64,000 bases of DNA. Origin: Cyanophora paradoxa CCMP329. Taxonomy: Eukaryota > Plantae > Glaucophyta. Position 1 is the stretch's first letter. Every line of letters starts with the position of its first letter. Below, one piece after another: positions 12,690 to 25,527 of this stretch. Position numbers and translations under genes: made by a program. Under the pieces are notes generated by a model. It saw nothing but the letters and a program-made list of their open reading frames with translations. It searched no databases and had not been told where the DNA came from. The stretch lies in NCBI GenBank assembly GCA_004431415.1, contig QPMI01000100.1, positions 124,001 to 188,000 on the forward strand, given 5' to 3'.

Positions 12690-13361
12690 TTCTTGAGTCG
12701 TTTGTTGATGTAGTCTAGCCGAGGTTTTATATATGTAGGCAAAATACATGAATTCATAGATCGGAACTGTAATGTGTGCCGAGGTTTAATGTGCAAGTCC
12801 GGGCTACAAGTGTGGAATGTACACTGCGGCCGCACTGCAAGCTGGCCCTGCTTGGCAGGGCCCCCTAAGGAGAGTAATGGGCATCCCCCTTCGGGCCCAC
12901 TGGGCCAGCCCGCCAGCAAACTGGCCGCAGTGGTCGGAGCCGCGGGCCCGGCGGCCCTAGCTGTGCATGCATGCGCATGGCCGGCGCCCGGCCCCCCAAC
13001 TTGTAAAGAGATCTAGAGTAACTTAAGTAGTAATGTGCCTCCACGCGAGCACCGTATACGTATACGCACGTGTCCTACAGGCCAGTTACAGTTGTACATG
13101 TAGTTAGCTACGTATACACTGTGACAGGTGCCCGTCCTACGGTCCTACTGTCAATTGCAAATACGACCAATCTTAGCTTCGTCGTCTCAGAAGTCCTAAG
13201 CCCAGTAGTGAGGGATGCAAGCAGACACGTACTAAAATCGCCAGTCCGGGCTACAAGTGTGGGACTCTCCGGGATGTACACTGCGACCTGAGGCACAAAC
13301 TATCGTAATGTATTCGCATTTGCAGTACGATTCATCCTACGCTTTGGCACTAATACTAACA

Positions 13362-14246
13362 TCACCCCTTCGCAAGGCGCTCCGAGAGCCAGTTGATACC
13401 CTCCTCCAGTCCCTCGCCCGTGAGCGCATTGCTAGCCCTGCATGAAAGCGCGATTAGGGAATCCTGCTTTGTAACCCATCGGATGAACTTACACGATGTG
13501 CCATGGCCTGTCCTGTATCCTGTCCAGCTCCAGGGCTTGCACGCAAGCAACCGGATCATAGGAGCTCGGAAGATCCATCTTGTTTGCATAGAAAAGAACC
13601 GCAATTTTCGAGCTAGCAATGTCTGCATACAATGGCGCTGCACGTCAGATACTGTGTTCAGTTGAGAGAAGGATTGAACTAACCTGGGTGTTTGAGCATC
13701 TGTGCGAGCTCGTCCTTCACTACACACATCCGAATCTTGTCTGCACAATCGATTACAAAGATGATCGCCTGCGCCTCCTTGTAGTAATGTTCCCAGAGCC
13801 CGCGGTATCTGATCCGCTCTGAGTTCGGAGTCGCGTTCCCAACAGGCTGGCGTTTCTCACCGGCCCTGGCCTGACATGTCGAATGCTGTAAAAGTAATTT
13901 TGTGCTTGCTGAACTCCTCCACCTGGAAGCCGACGGTTGGGACAACTTCTTGCACTGAATTCTGCGCGACGGGTCAGACTTCGGTTGCTCATAGCCGCGG
14001 CGCGGATACCTTCGTGGGCTTGAACTTGTTGATGATTGTCGACTTGCCACTGCGCAGGCGCGCGATTAACTCGGCTGCGCTAGCGGGCGCAAGCGGCTCT
14101 GCAGACCTGTTGTCCAGCCCAACGACCAGGATCTTTGCCGGTCTGCGCGTGAAGCTAAGCCACAGGCAAACACGGCGCCGCGCAGGGGCGCCGGATGCGC
14201 GCTGCGCGGCGGCCGCGCACCTGGCCTTCGACGAAAAGAGGCCCAT
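13362..14246 (-). CDS. ARL6: ADP-ribosylation factor-like GTPase ARL6/BBS3
   Basis: MGLF N-terminus, GLDNSGKST P-loop, [47 protein letters not shown]. Confidence 0.88.
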
Positions 14247-14420
14247 TTGCAAGAGCGGCTAACTAATACAGTTTAGCAATAGTGGCTTGCCGATTAGCTA
14301 CAGGGCGCTCCTTCGCGGGCGAGAAGCGGCACGGCAAAAGTAGTCACTGCCGCGAGGGGGTACACGCAAAGCAGCTCGTGGCCCCGTCGTGGTTGTCCTG
14401 CGCTCTGCAGAGGCGGGAAG

Positions 14421-16334
14421 ATGGCGGAGCGTCTCGGTGTCGACAAGAAGCCCGTGGTTGCGGATGTGCGCCCGCCTCCCCTCAGCAGCTGACGCCGCAC
14501 TCACTGCACTCGCACCGAAGGGCCCGCCCCTGTCGGAGGCCACCATGGCGCACCATCGCGAGTTCGGCGCGAAGGTGCGCTCGGCCGCCAGTTGTGCGTA
14601 CGTGATGTTTCTCGCTCGTCGAACGATGCCCTCTTGCCCCGTGCAGCCGAAGACCCGCAGTCGCATCAACGGCGCCCTTAAGCCTGATAGGCTCAAGCGG
14701 AAAGATTACATGGTCAGTTCCGCCAAGGCGGTCCCCTCCTCGCCGTGCTGACGCTTGCCGCCCGCGCTCCGTCGTAGGATCGCCCCGCGCGGCTTCAGGT
14801 GCACCCTCCGCTTGTTTCTCCGCCTTCTCCCTCGCCTTACGTAGACTTCCCCGCCCCCCGCAGACCGACAGGCCAATCGGTGCCAGTCCTCGCATCCCGC
14901 CTGCGCTGCCTCTGTGCTAATGGTTCGCATGATCGCACTAGCTACGGGAAGCGGAAAGGAAGGTGCGTGCAGTTGCGCAGCTCGCTTGTTGTTCTCGCTA
15001 ACGTGTCTGCAGAGGGTGCTTTCTGGAACATCTGGTACGAGCGGTGGCAGGGAGGCAACAGCTACAGGCAGCGGGAGCGGTGCGCTGCTTTTCTTCTTAT
15101 CGCTTTCTCTCATCGCAAACCTGCCCTCGTAGGAAACTCGCACCAACGCGCTGCTGCATTGCCACCGACGCTGGGTTGACTCGCGGCAACACGAAGAAAG
15201 GCGCATTCATTTGCCTTCACTTCGCGAAGGGTCGCTGCATCTATGTGCGTCGAAATGCATTCTTGTTTTTCGAATTCTGACTCTTTCGCAGGGGGCGGAC
15301 TGTCCTTTCTTGCACCGGCTCCCAAATGAGGACGACGACAAGCGGCTCGAGGTCACGAAAGACATCTTTGGTCGTGAGCGATTCTCGTGCGTTTCTTTCA
15401 CTGGGCAGCGTTTTTGCCTGCGTGCCTGAGTTCGACAAAGAACGGACCGCGAGGACATGGGTGGTGTGGGGTGCTTCAACCGCGACAACAAGACCTTGTA
15501 CCTGGGCGGCCTCCAGGCATACGCTAACAAGGATCTGGAAGAGGTCATCTGGCGCCATTTTACGGAGTGGGGCGACATTCTTCAGTGTTCGTCCTTCTCC
15601 ACACTTTCATTGCGCGTGCTAATCGTCCGTTCCCATTCCAGTGAAAGTATTCGCCGATCGCTGCATTGCGTTCGTGGAGTACAGGTCGCGGTCTTCATGC
15701 GAGTTTGCCCGAGAGGCCATGATGGATCAACGCCTAGACGGGAATGAGGTTCGAGGCATGTACTGTGACTCGATGGCATTCTCTGATTGTTTGACAGGTT
15801 CTCAACGTGCGCTGGGCTTACGAGGATCCGAATCCGCGCGTCCGCATCGTTCGCCATGCGGAGAAGGTGCATACCATTTGCTAGCTGGGCCAACTTCTGG
15901 CTGATTGCTTGCTTTGTGCGCAGGTTGTCACGGCGGTCAATGCGGTTATCGACAGATATGGAGAGGAGAATCTTGCCATGACCGGTTAGCTCGGTGGAAC
16001 TGGCATCGGCCTGCTTGACCCTGATGTTCTGTCCCAGATCCGGATGCCTTCTACCGCGACCAGGCGCAGCGAGACGACGAGGAAAATTTCTCCAAGCGGC
16101 GGCGTGTAGAGGAGCCAGGAGCTCCTGCTCCAGCGCCTGCAGCCGATGCGTCTGCTGCGGGAGGGCCTCCTGCGGACCCTGCTGCTCATGCAGCGGCGTG
16201 GGCACAGTACTGTGTGCACTTTTCCTTGCATTCACGTGCTTCGAAGCTAACGCCTTGCAGATGCGGCGCAACAAGCACAGTATTTCGGGGCGCAGCAAGC
16301 CGCTTATCAGCAATATGTGCAGAACAGAACCTAA
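14421..16334 (+). CDS. CWC2: Pre-mRNA splicing factor CWC2/RBM22-like (Torus, CCCH finger, RRM)
   Basis: RPARLQ, NIWYERWQGG, CLHFAKGRC..CPFLHRLP, DIFGRERF, DMGGVGCF..TLYLGGL, EFAREAM..Q, LNVRWAYEDPNP. Confidence 0.9.
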
Positions 16335-16859
16335 GCGTTGGGCTTACCGCAGCGAGAGCAAGCGGCCAGGAGAGCAGCGCAGTGTGAAAGTCAAATGGAT
16401 CATCGAATCATCATGTGCATGCCTGCAGTGCACTGGGGCTGCTAGACGGCAAGCGAGCGGGAAGCCTTGAAGGGGCGGCATGTCAGCACACATTTGCATT
16501 CTTTGCTGTTATGCTCTAAAAGGCCTCATGCACACTATCTCGACACTATGCCGGGATTAATATTTGAGCCTCGAGCTGTTGGACCGGATCTTTGCTTTGT
16601 GCCGCGTTGCAATTGTGACAAGACGTGATCATGACGCCTGCACATGCAGCTGGCTAACGTTCAGTGGCAGCCCGGCCGCTGAGCTGCAGCTTGCAATTGG
16701 CAGCGCAGCTGCAGGCCTAGGTCATCACGTGAGGCCCCTAGCCTATCGCAGATCAAAGCCTTGAAGCCGTCGTAATCGTAATCGCAGATCAAAGGTGTCG
16801 TAATCGTAATTGCTGGAATTGGGACTGTCATTACTGTACTGCATTCAACACATATTTGT

Positions 16860-19120
16860 CTAATCAACTATGACATTCACTGCAGGCATCCGGCGGCCCT
16901 CTGGCTCTTCAAAGCGACCAGTCCGCATGTAATCCTGAACCAGCATCCGCAGCCGTGTCTCCCCGCCTCTGTTTTCGCCTTGCTGAGCCATCAGAGGCAG
17001 CAAGGACTCTTGGATGACGACCATGAGTTTTCGGAATTGACTCCTGTATGTGTTGCTGAGAGAGAAGCCTGCAGCCTGCGAAACTTTAGTGAGATTCGTA
17101 GGATCGGTGATGATAATAAAAAAATACCTTCAGAAAGGCAGCGATGACATCTGAAGTGATACGTTTTGGCTTTCGGTTACAGATAGCTGCCAGCCAAGCC
17201 CAAGCCCGTCCAATGAAGGGCTCTGCCCCTGCGAAAGGCATTAAGTTTTCACGAGCACCAGTCTGGAGGCAGTAACCAACCTTGGCACTGCGTCTGGAGT
17301 AGAGCCCCGAGGAGTGAAATGTATCCACACATGCGGCGAGCATACGATTCATCATCCTCGAATCCTTGCCCACTTCTTGCATACCCACACTCTTCAAGAT
17401 AAGCCTCGTTTGTTTGACCCTGTGCATGCCTTACAAAACGAATGACGCATGAGTATTATCTGCCTCACCTCACGCTTGGGTACGTATCGAGGGATCGAAA
17501 CAGGGCACACTTTGTTCAAATGGGCCAGGAAAGTCTCCAAAACGATAGGGTGCGCTTGTGAAACTTGGCCAAGAACAGCTGCGATGGCAAATGCCGAGCT
17601 CTGATTGGCCTCTACTTGGGCTTCACCTTGAGCCTGCGAGCACAGAAATGAATATGTGCGAAACTGTGGGAGAAACGACACAGCTCTAGGCACCACAAAT
17701 CGCTCAGCCAGTTCTATCACGGCAAAAGCATAGGCTGTTTCTGATATTCGTGTCCGTTCTGCTAGAAGCTGGACGATCTCACGACTCTGCGATCTGGGTC
17801 ATTATCACAGAATTGAAAGAAAAAGAAGCACATGCCTTGATTTCGACTTGCTGTCTGGTGCCTGCAGCACACGAGAGAGCAGCTCGGAGTCAGAAACACA
17901 CGACGAATGTCTCAGAGCATGCAAGAGCAAACCGGAGATCTGTTGCACATAAGTATTCATTCTCTTTTTCGTATCTAGTCTAAGCGACCGATCGCTGCAA
18001 GCATCTGCTCGCTGTTTCAATGCCAGCAACTCAGTTGCACGTGCTTCTGCTTCTTGAATGGCTCTTGAGCGCCCTGATCGTGCTGGAGCAGGCTGTCCTG
18101 CCGCTGGGGCCGGATTTGCTGGCTCAGTGGCCGACTGAGAAGCTGACTGTGTTGCTTGTGCTGCTTGTGCTGCCGCCGCCGCTGCTGCTTGGGCACGGGC
18201 TTGCTCCTGCTCCTCACGCAGCTTTTGCTCTGCTAGCTGCTTTGCTGCATCTTCTTGAGCTTTCCTCTGTGTTTCGGCTTCTTCGGCAGCTTTTCGAAGG
18301 GCTTCTTGTCTGGCACGCTCTTCGTCTTCTCTTCTTGCTTGCTCCTGCTGCTCTTGTATAGTCTGGATAGTGTTGAAGATCAGCAAGCCGTCAAGTAGAT
18401 AAGGACACCCTCAACCGCATGTCAAGAATCACCTTTCGAACGGACGTCAATTGCCTGTTTCCTTCGCTGGCCTCCTGAAGAAGCTCATTTTGTAACCGTT
18501 GTATGGTTTCAGCCATCTGTTTTCGCCTACAGCGCAATTGAGTGAATGCTCGCTCCAAAGGAGCCAAAGCGGATCTCACCTAATAGAGTCCTTCTCTGAT
18601 AACTGCTGCTGAAAGCTCATGTGCTGTTCAGCGAAGAGCTCCGCAGCTCGTTCGTATCCACGAAGCGCCTGTTGCCTGTTCTGGAAGAGCAGGCTGGCCG
18701 AGGCCGGGAGAAGACCCTGCGTAATGCACTTTGAGAATGCGCTGACCCTGTGAGAAGGGAAAGCGCACATCACGGGAGTGGGCGCCGTCCAGCACAGAAG
18801 GGGGAGGCAAGAAAGGCTCCCGAGGAGCAGCTGCGAGCGCCCGTTCCGAGAACGCGTCCTCATCATCGCTATCGTAGTCGCTACGGAGATTCATCAGATG
18901 CAGCTTCAATCCGGGAAGCCTGCGCGCGGCAGCGCTTTCAAATTTGTGCGTGATGCCATGCGCGGGCACATGCAGCGCTGACGCACGAGCATAGATCCAC
19001 ATCAGACTCCGACTCCACGTCCGTCTCTCGCGCTGAGACCCGCCAAGCGCGCGGGCGCGAATCCGAGGACGGCCGCAAAGAGAGCACCGCCTCGCGCGGG
19101 CCGGGAGTTCCATCGACCAT
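16860..19120 (-). CDS. GLE1: mRNA export factor GLE1-like
   Basis: Central charged coiled coil, then QGEAQVEANQSSAFAIA, LAHLNKVCPVSIP, YARRMCGYISL, AWAWLAAICN, YRSQFRKLM, and terminal EEPEGR. Confidence 0.85.
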
Positions 19121-19454
19121 GCTCGTGAAGCAGGCGGCGTGTACCGGCAGCTAGCTTATCTATCGCTGCACGGGCAGCTCCAGCTTGGTCGAGAGCGCGA
19201 TCAGATAGATGCGCGACGCTGATCGTGACGCTCCTGTTCTCTGTCCAGCTCGCCGGAGACCCAAGCGTTATGTCAGAAGAGTCTGAAGTGAAGCAGGGGG
19301 GTACGAGCGACAAGCCGACTTCCCTGTCACAGCAGCGACAGCAGCAGAGACAGCGGCAGCGAATCGTCGTTCGCTCGTTGCTCGCAGTCTCTGTGAAGGA
19401 CCTGCGGCCGGTGGGCGGGCCATACTTCAGTGGGGAGCGTGCACATATTCAGCA

Positions 19455-22400
19455 ATGGCGGACAAGGAAAGAACGCTTGAAGATGAGATTAAGGACGCGC
19501 AAGCGATCCGAGCTGGCCTCAAGCAGGCAGCGCCCGAGGTTCCGCAGCACAAGCGAGTGCGCAACGCACTCCCTCCCGTGGTTTTGTTGTCGACTTACGG
19601 GGCTCTTCTCTCTACGGCGAATGCAGGTCGCGATGACCGCGGCGCCTGGCTACTTCGACAAGGAGCTGTACACGGAAGGCGCGGAGTACGAGACCAGCAT
19701 TGCGCCCGGCGGCGACGACGATGAGGATGGGGGCGAGGACCTTCGGTGCGTTAGTGCTCTTCGCTCATTCCGCCTCCGCGCAAGCGCCCCGCCGCTGAAC
19801 TTTCGGCTCCCTGTAACAGGAAGCCGACTGACAAGGCGAAGAAGAAGTTCTTTGAGGAGATTGCGCGTCAGGGCGGCGACATCGATGTGCGTTCGCTTCA
19901 AAGCACTCGATTTCCTTGTCGCTCACGCCCGCCTGCAGCCATTCGCAGACTACAAGAAGCAGACCATCGCTGAGCGCGAGGATGAGTACAAAGCAAAGCG
20001 GAGGAATCGTATGATCTCCCCAGAGCGTGCGGATCCTTTCGCCCAGGTCGCTGCTTTCAACGTGGTTGTCCTGTGCCGGCGGAAGCTTATCCCTCCTCAG
20101 GATGGCGACGCGAACGCTCGCTCGTACAAGGACGTCATGATGGAGGCATCTGTCCAGAAGGATAAGGCGGACCTCGTGCGCAAGCTGCAGGAGAAGAAGA
20201 AGGAAGAGGAGAAGAAGAAGGCAGAGGGCGGCGCGCCAGCTGCAGCTGCGGCTCCGGCGGCCGAGAAGAAGCGGAAGCGCTGGGATCAAGGAGCCGAGGG
20301 CGAATCGTACGTGGCGGCCTTTGAACTGAGTTCTCCTAAGCTAAACGCGCTCCGTGCAGGAAGCCGACTTCCGAGTGGGACTCTCAGGAGCCTTCCTCGT
20401 CATCCAAGGCGAAGTGCGTGGCGTGCTTCGTGCCGACAAAACCGCCTGTCTCAATTACGGTTTGTGCAGGGAGTGGGACACCCCTGTCCGCGCCGAGGGT
20501 GCTGCCCCTGGCAAGCGGAACCGCTGGGACGAGACTCCAGCACGCATGGACGGTAGGGGAACTGTTCCCTTCCCAAGCTCTCTCCACTAATTGTTATGTT
20601 CAGGTTCGAAGAGCTCCTGGGACGAGACGCCCAAGACTGGTGTCGATGCCGTGCGCCCTTTTTGTTCGGCCCCGCTGGCAAATTTTGAGGTTTAAACTTC
20701 CACTGCAGACTCCGAAGCGCACGCGTTCGAGGTGGGATGAAACACCTGCGATGGCAGCTGGGCTGACCCCCGCCATGACTCCAATGTGAGCTTTCCGTTC
20801 CAATCGTCCTCTTTAAGCGAAGTTTCGAACGTGTCTGCAGGGGCGCGGCAGGCCTGATGACACCCACTCCTGGCCATCTCGCTGGAGGGATGACCCCCGG
20901 TTTCGGCATCGAGATTGACGATCGCAACCGGCCCATGACCGATGAGGAGATCGACGCCATTCTTCCGAAGGAGGGCTACAAGCTTCTCGATGTGCGTGTT
21001 ATTATTCTTCTTGCCGGGTTCTTTCTTTGCGCTAATACAGCCCCTGCAGCCCCCCGCCAGCTATGTGCCTATTCGGACCCCTGCACGAAAGCTGATGGCT
21101 ACTCCTACTCCGCTGGCCGTTGGCGCGACCCCGATGTACCACGTTCCGGACTCGGAAGGCTTCTCGGCGGGCAAGATGGGTATGGGTACGCTCGTGATGT
21201 TTTGTCCTGGGCAGTTTTGGCTCCGTGCTTAACCCTACCTCGGCAGATGTGCAGCAGACGCCCCAGAACGCTGAGCTGCCTTTCGTCAAGCCTGAAGACT
21301 ACCAGTATTTCGGGGCCCTTCTCACTGAGAAGGACGAGAGTGAGCTCACTGAGCAAGAGGCCAAGGAGCGCAAGATCATGAAGCTGCTGCTCAGGGTTCG
21401 CTGCTGTCCGAGACTTCGTCCTCCACTTCACTTGCCTGATGTGGATGCTTGCAGGTCAAGAACGGGACACCGCAGATGCGCAAGCAAGCACTCCGGCAGC
21501 TCACTGAGAAGGCTCGGGATTTCGGCGCCGGGCCCCTGTTCAATCAGATTCTTCCGCTCCTCATGTCTCCGACCCTGGAAGACCATGAGCGCCATCTGCT
21601 TGTGAAGGTTATTGACCGTATCCTCTACAAGCTCGATGACCTTGTCCGGCCCTACGTCCACAAGATTCTCGTGCGTGCACTGATTATCGCTTGTAGTTCC
21701 AAGCAGAGCTTCATTTGACAGCTTTTCAGGTCGTGATTGAGCCGCTGCTTATCGATGAGGACTACTACGCGCGTGTGGAGGGCCGTGAGATCATTTCCAA
21801 CCTGGCCAAGGCTGCTGGTCTCGCAACAATGATTGCCACTATGCGTCCGGATATTGACAACGTCGACGAGTACGTGCGCAACACGACGGCTCGTGCCTTC
21901 GCTGTTGTGGCATCTGCCCTCGGCATTCCGTCTCTGCTGCCCTTCCTGAAGGCCGTCTGCAAGTCCAAGAAGTCGTGGCAAGCTCGCCACACCGGTATCA
22001 AGATCGTGCAGCAGATTGCCATCCTCATGGGCTGTGCCGTTCTGCCACACTTGAAGAGCCTGGTGGAGATTATTGAGGAGGGTCTCAATGTACGTCCACT
22101 CCACTCCATAGCACGTCCAATGTGCGTCTGCTGACGTTCACAAACAGGATGAGCAATCGAAGGTCAAGACCATTTGCGCCCTGGCGCTTGCTGCCCTCGC
22201 CGAGGCCGCGGCTCCCTACGGTATCGAATCCTTCGACTCGGTGCTCAAGCCCCTCTGGAAGGGCATTCGTCAGCTCCGTGGCAAGGTTCTTGCTGCCTAT
22301 CTGAAGGCCATTGGCTACATCATCCCCCTCATGGATGCCGAGTACGCCAACTACTACACGAAGGAAGTCATGATCATCCTCATCCGCGAGTTCATGGTGC

Positions 22401-24418
22401 GTGTGCCGCAGCACCCTCTTCTATGAGATTTATGGTTGCTCATTCTCTTCTTCAGACTCCTGATGAGGAGATGAAGAAGATTGTGCTCAAGGTCGTCAAG
22501 CAATGCGTCGGCACAGAGGGTGTTGACCCCGAGTACGTCAAGCAGGAGATTCTGCCCGAGTTCTTCAGGAACTTCTGGGTCCGGCGCATGGCGCTTGACA
22601 AGCGCAACTACAAGCAGCTTGTCGAAACGACGGTGGAGCTCGCGAAGAAGTGCGGGGGCTCCGTCATCATCGGCCGTGTTGTTGAGGACCTCAAGGACGA
22701 GGCAGAGCCATACCGGAAGATGGTCATGGAGACGATCGAGAAGATTGTGGCCGAGCTGGGTGTCTCGGACATCGACCCACGCCTGGAGGAGCTTCTCATC
22801 GATGGTATCCTGTACGCCTTCCAGGAGCAGACATCCGATGACACAACTGTGCTCCTGAATGGTGTGTTAATTTCTTCACTTCTGCGATCGTTCCATGCTC
22901 ATCAAGCTTTTTGCAGGGTTCGGAACTGTCATCAACGCCCTGAACAAGCGGTCGAAGCCGTACCTCCCTCAGATTTGCGGTACCATCAAGTGGCGGTTGA
23001 ACAACAAGTCTGCCAAAGTCCGGCAGCAGGCTGCAGACCTCATTGCTCGTATCGCTGTCGTCATGAAGACCTGCGAGGAAGAGGCACTTATGGGGCATCT
23101 GGGCATTGTGCTCTACGAGTATCTTGGCGAGGAGTACCCCGAGGTGCTGGGCTCCATTCTGGGCGGCTTGAAGGCGATTGTGAACGTGATTGGTATGTCC
23201 AAGATGACTCCTCCGATCAAGGTTTGCAAAACGATCCTAATGTTGATAATCTTGTATTCTTACACGGAACCGCAGGACCTGCTGCCCCGTCTCACCCCGA
23301 TTCTGAAGAATCGGCATGAGAAAGTGCAGGAGAACTGCATCGACCTCGTTGGGCGCATTGCTGATCGTGGTGCTGAGTTCGTGTCTGCACGCGAGTGGTA
23401 TGATCATTCGCATTGCATTTTGCTCTTCAAAGAATGCTTATCGCTTGACAGGATGCGTATCTGCTTCGAGCTCCTTGAGATGCTGAAGGCACACAAGAAG
23501 GGCATCCGCCGTGCCACTGTCAACACGTTCGGCTACATTGCGAAGGCCATCGGTCCTCAGGACGTGCTTGCTACGCTATTGAACAATCTCAAGGTCCAGG
23601 AGCGCCAGAACCGTGTCTGCACAACGGTCGCCATTGCCATCGTCGCTGAGACTTGCTCTCCGTTCACTGTCCTTCCTGCACTCATGAACGAGTACCGTGT
23701 GCCGGAGCTCAATGTGCAGAACGGTGTCCTCAAGGTACGACCCATGCCTGCTCGGATCTGTGGTCTTCGTCTCACCGTCTTTCCAGGCACTTTCTTTCCT
23801 GTTCGAGTACATTGGTGAGATGGGCAAGGACTACATTTATGCTGTCACACCCCTGCTGGAGGATGCGCTCATGGATCGTGACCTTGTCCACCGGCAGACT
23901 GCGTCGACAGTCGTCAAGCGTGCGTTTTCTTGCCTGAAGCTTGGGCATTTTCTCGGTTCTTTTGGTGACGCATTTGCAGACATCGGCCTTGGTGTTGCTG
24001 GCCTTGGATGCGAGGATGCTCTCACGCACCTTCTCAACTTCGTCTTCCCCAACATTTTCGAAACAAGCCCACACGTGATTAATGCCGTCCAAGAGGCTAT
24101 CGAGTCTTGCAGAATCGCACTTGGGCCAACCCGCGTGTTGCAGTACGCTGTTCAGGTGTGGTTTTGTACCCTCCCGTCTTGTCTTCAGCAGCTCACCCTC
24201 GCCTTAGGGCTTGTTCCACCCTGCAAGGCGAGTCCGCGAGGTCTACTGGAAGATCTTCAACAACTTGTACATCGGCTCTCAGGTGTGCATGTGCTTCAGT
24301 ATTCCTCGGGGAATATTCTAATTTTCTGCCCCAGGATGGTTTGGTCCCTGCATATCCCCGGATGGAGGACGACCCGAGAAACTGCTACCAGAGGCCAGAG
24401 ATGGACGTGTTCGTATAG
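19455..24418 (+). CDS. SF3B1: Splicing factor 3B subunit 1
   Basis: RWDETP ULM repeats, [58 protein letters not shown] repeats through [10 protein letters not shown]. Confidence 0.98.
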
Positions 24419-24612
24419 ACTATTGTTAGATCCTCCAGCCGTACTATGTATAAGCTAGTCGAGTCGATCTCTGCATGCATGTTGTCGAACTCGTGGTAAA
24501 CTCTCGATCGTGCCTGGGTTCCCCTCCCACACTACTACCCCGCCCGCTCAAGCATGCATGAAGAATGGATATAATATTGCTGGAAAAAAAATATCAACGA
24601 AGCGCTAAAGAG

Positions 24613-25306
24613 TTACACGGGCCGCAAGTTGAGCTAATCGCATGCGAAGTCAAGTTTTGTTGGGAGGGGAATGAACACGAAACTCACCTCACGGACGACT
24701 TCCTTGTACTTTTCTACATCTTTGCGCTTGAGGTAGAGCATGAGACGTCTCCTCTGACTGATAAGCTGCTCCAGACCGTATCTATTGCGTCTGGATTGAG
24801 AAGAAGACGAAGGGGGCCGGGAGCACAAGAACCGCACCGGGTGTGCACGTCCTTCTTATTCGCACGAATGTGACCCATAAGATTCTCGATGCGTGCCGTG
24901 AGAACAGCGACTGGCGCGGCGTGAGCTACGCAATCGCTGGTAGCGGCGGCAGCGTACTCTGCACTTCCGAGCTGCCGGTGTCGCCTGGGCGGCGCTGGAA
25001 CTTCTCCATGAGCTCATGCATGCGGTACTTGATCCTCTGCTTGTTCGACGCGTTCTCAAGTGAATAGACCGCCGCCGCCGCGGGGCCGAGAGCCTCGACC
25101 ATCTCTGGCGTGACTCTGTGCACTAGCGCCGGGCGCTGAGGTGCTGCTGCTGCCGAAGACGACGCAGCAGTCGCATGCATCCGCAAGGCGCCGATCGCTT
25201 GCGCCGCCGCCGTTGACGTAGCGGCGGCGCGGACGCGCCCTGCGCGACGGTCAGCCGGCGCATCGGCGGGGGCGCGGGGGACGCTCTCACCGACAACAGC
25301 GAGCAT
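24613..25306 (-). CDS. MRPS15: Mitochondrial-type ribosomal protein uS15
   Basis: SLENAS..KFQRRPGDTGSSEVQ/IAVLTARIENL..H..NKKD..RYGLEQLISQRRRLMLYLKRKD. N-terminal extension is Ala/Arg-rich. Confidence 0.88.
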
Positions 25307-25527
25307 CCTGGTGATTGAGCCAGGCGCCTCCTCTACGCGCGGAAGATGGCCAGTGCGTCGAGGGGGGTACTAGTACTGGTGAAAGGGGCCCTCGTGGCTG
25401 TACCGGATCGATATCCGGATATCGATCGGAAATAGTTTACGTAAATATAGATTTGCATGCGGCTAGGCTGCACGATCCGCCGCGTATCAGAACGTATGAA
25501 TATATGCCACAGACTCATCACGGCACA

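Noticed and set aside
21860-22300. SF3B1 hotspot substitutions explaining unusual splicing
   Set aside because: The equivalents of R625, H662, K666 and K700 are conserved, and RGKV at the G742 position is usual outside animals. SF3B1 also acts at branch point/3' site choice rather than at donors.
14421-24418. CWC2-GLE1-SF3B1 as a functional mRNA-processing cluster
   Set aside because: Three housekeeping neighbours in a gene-dense region can arise by chance, and no shared motif was seen.
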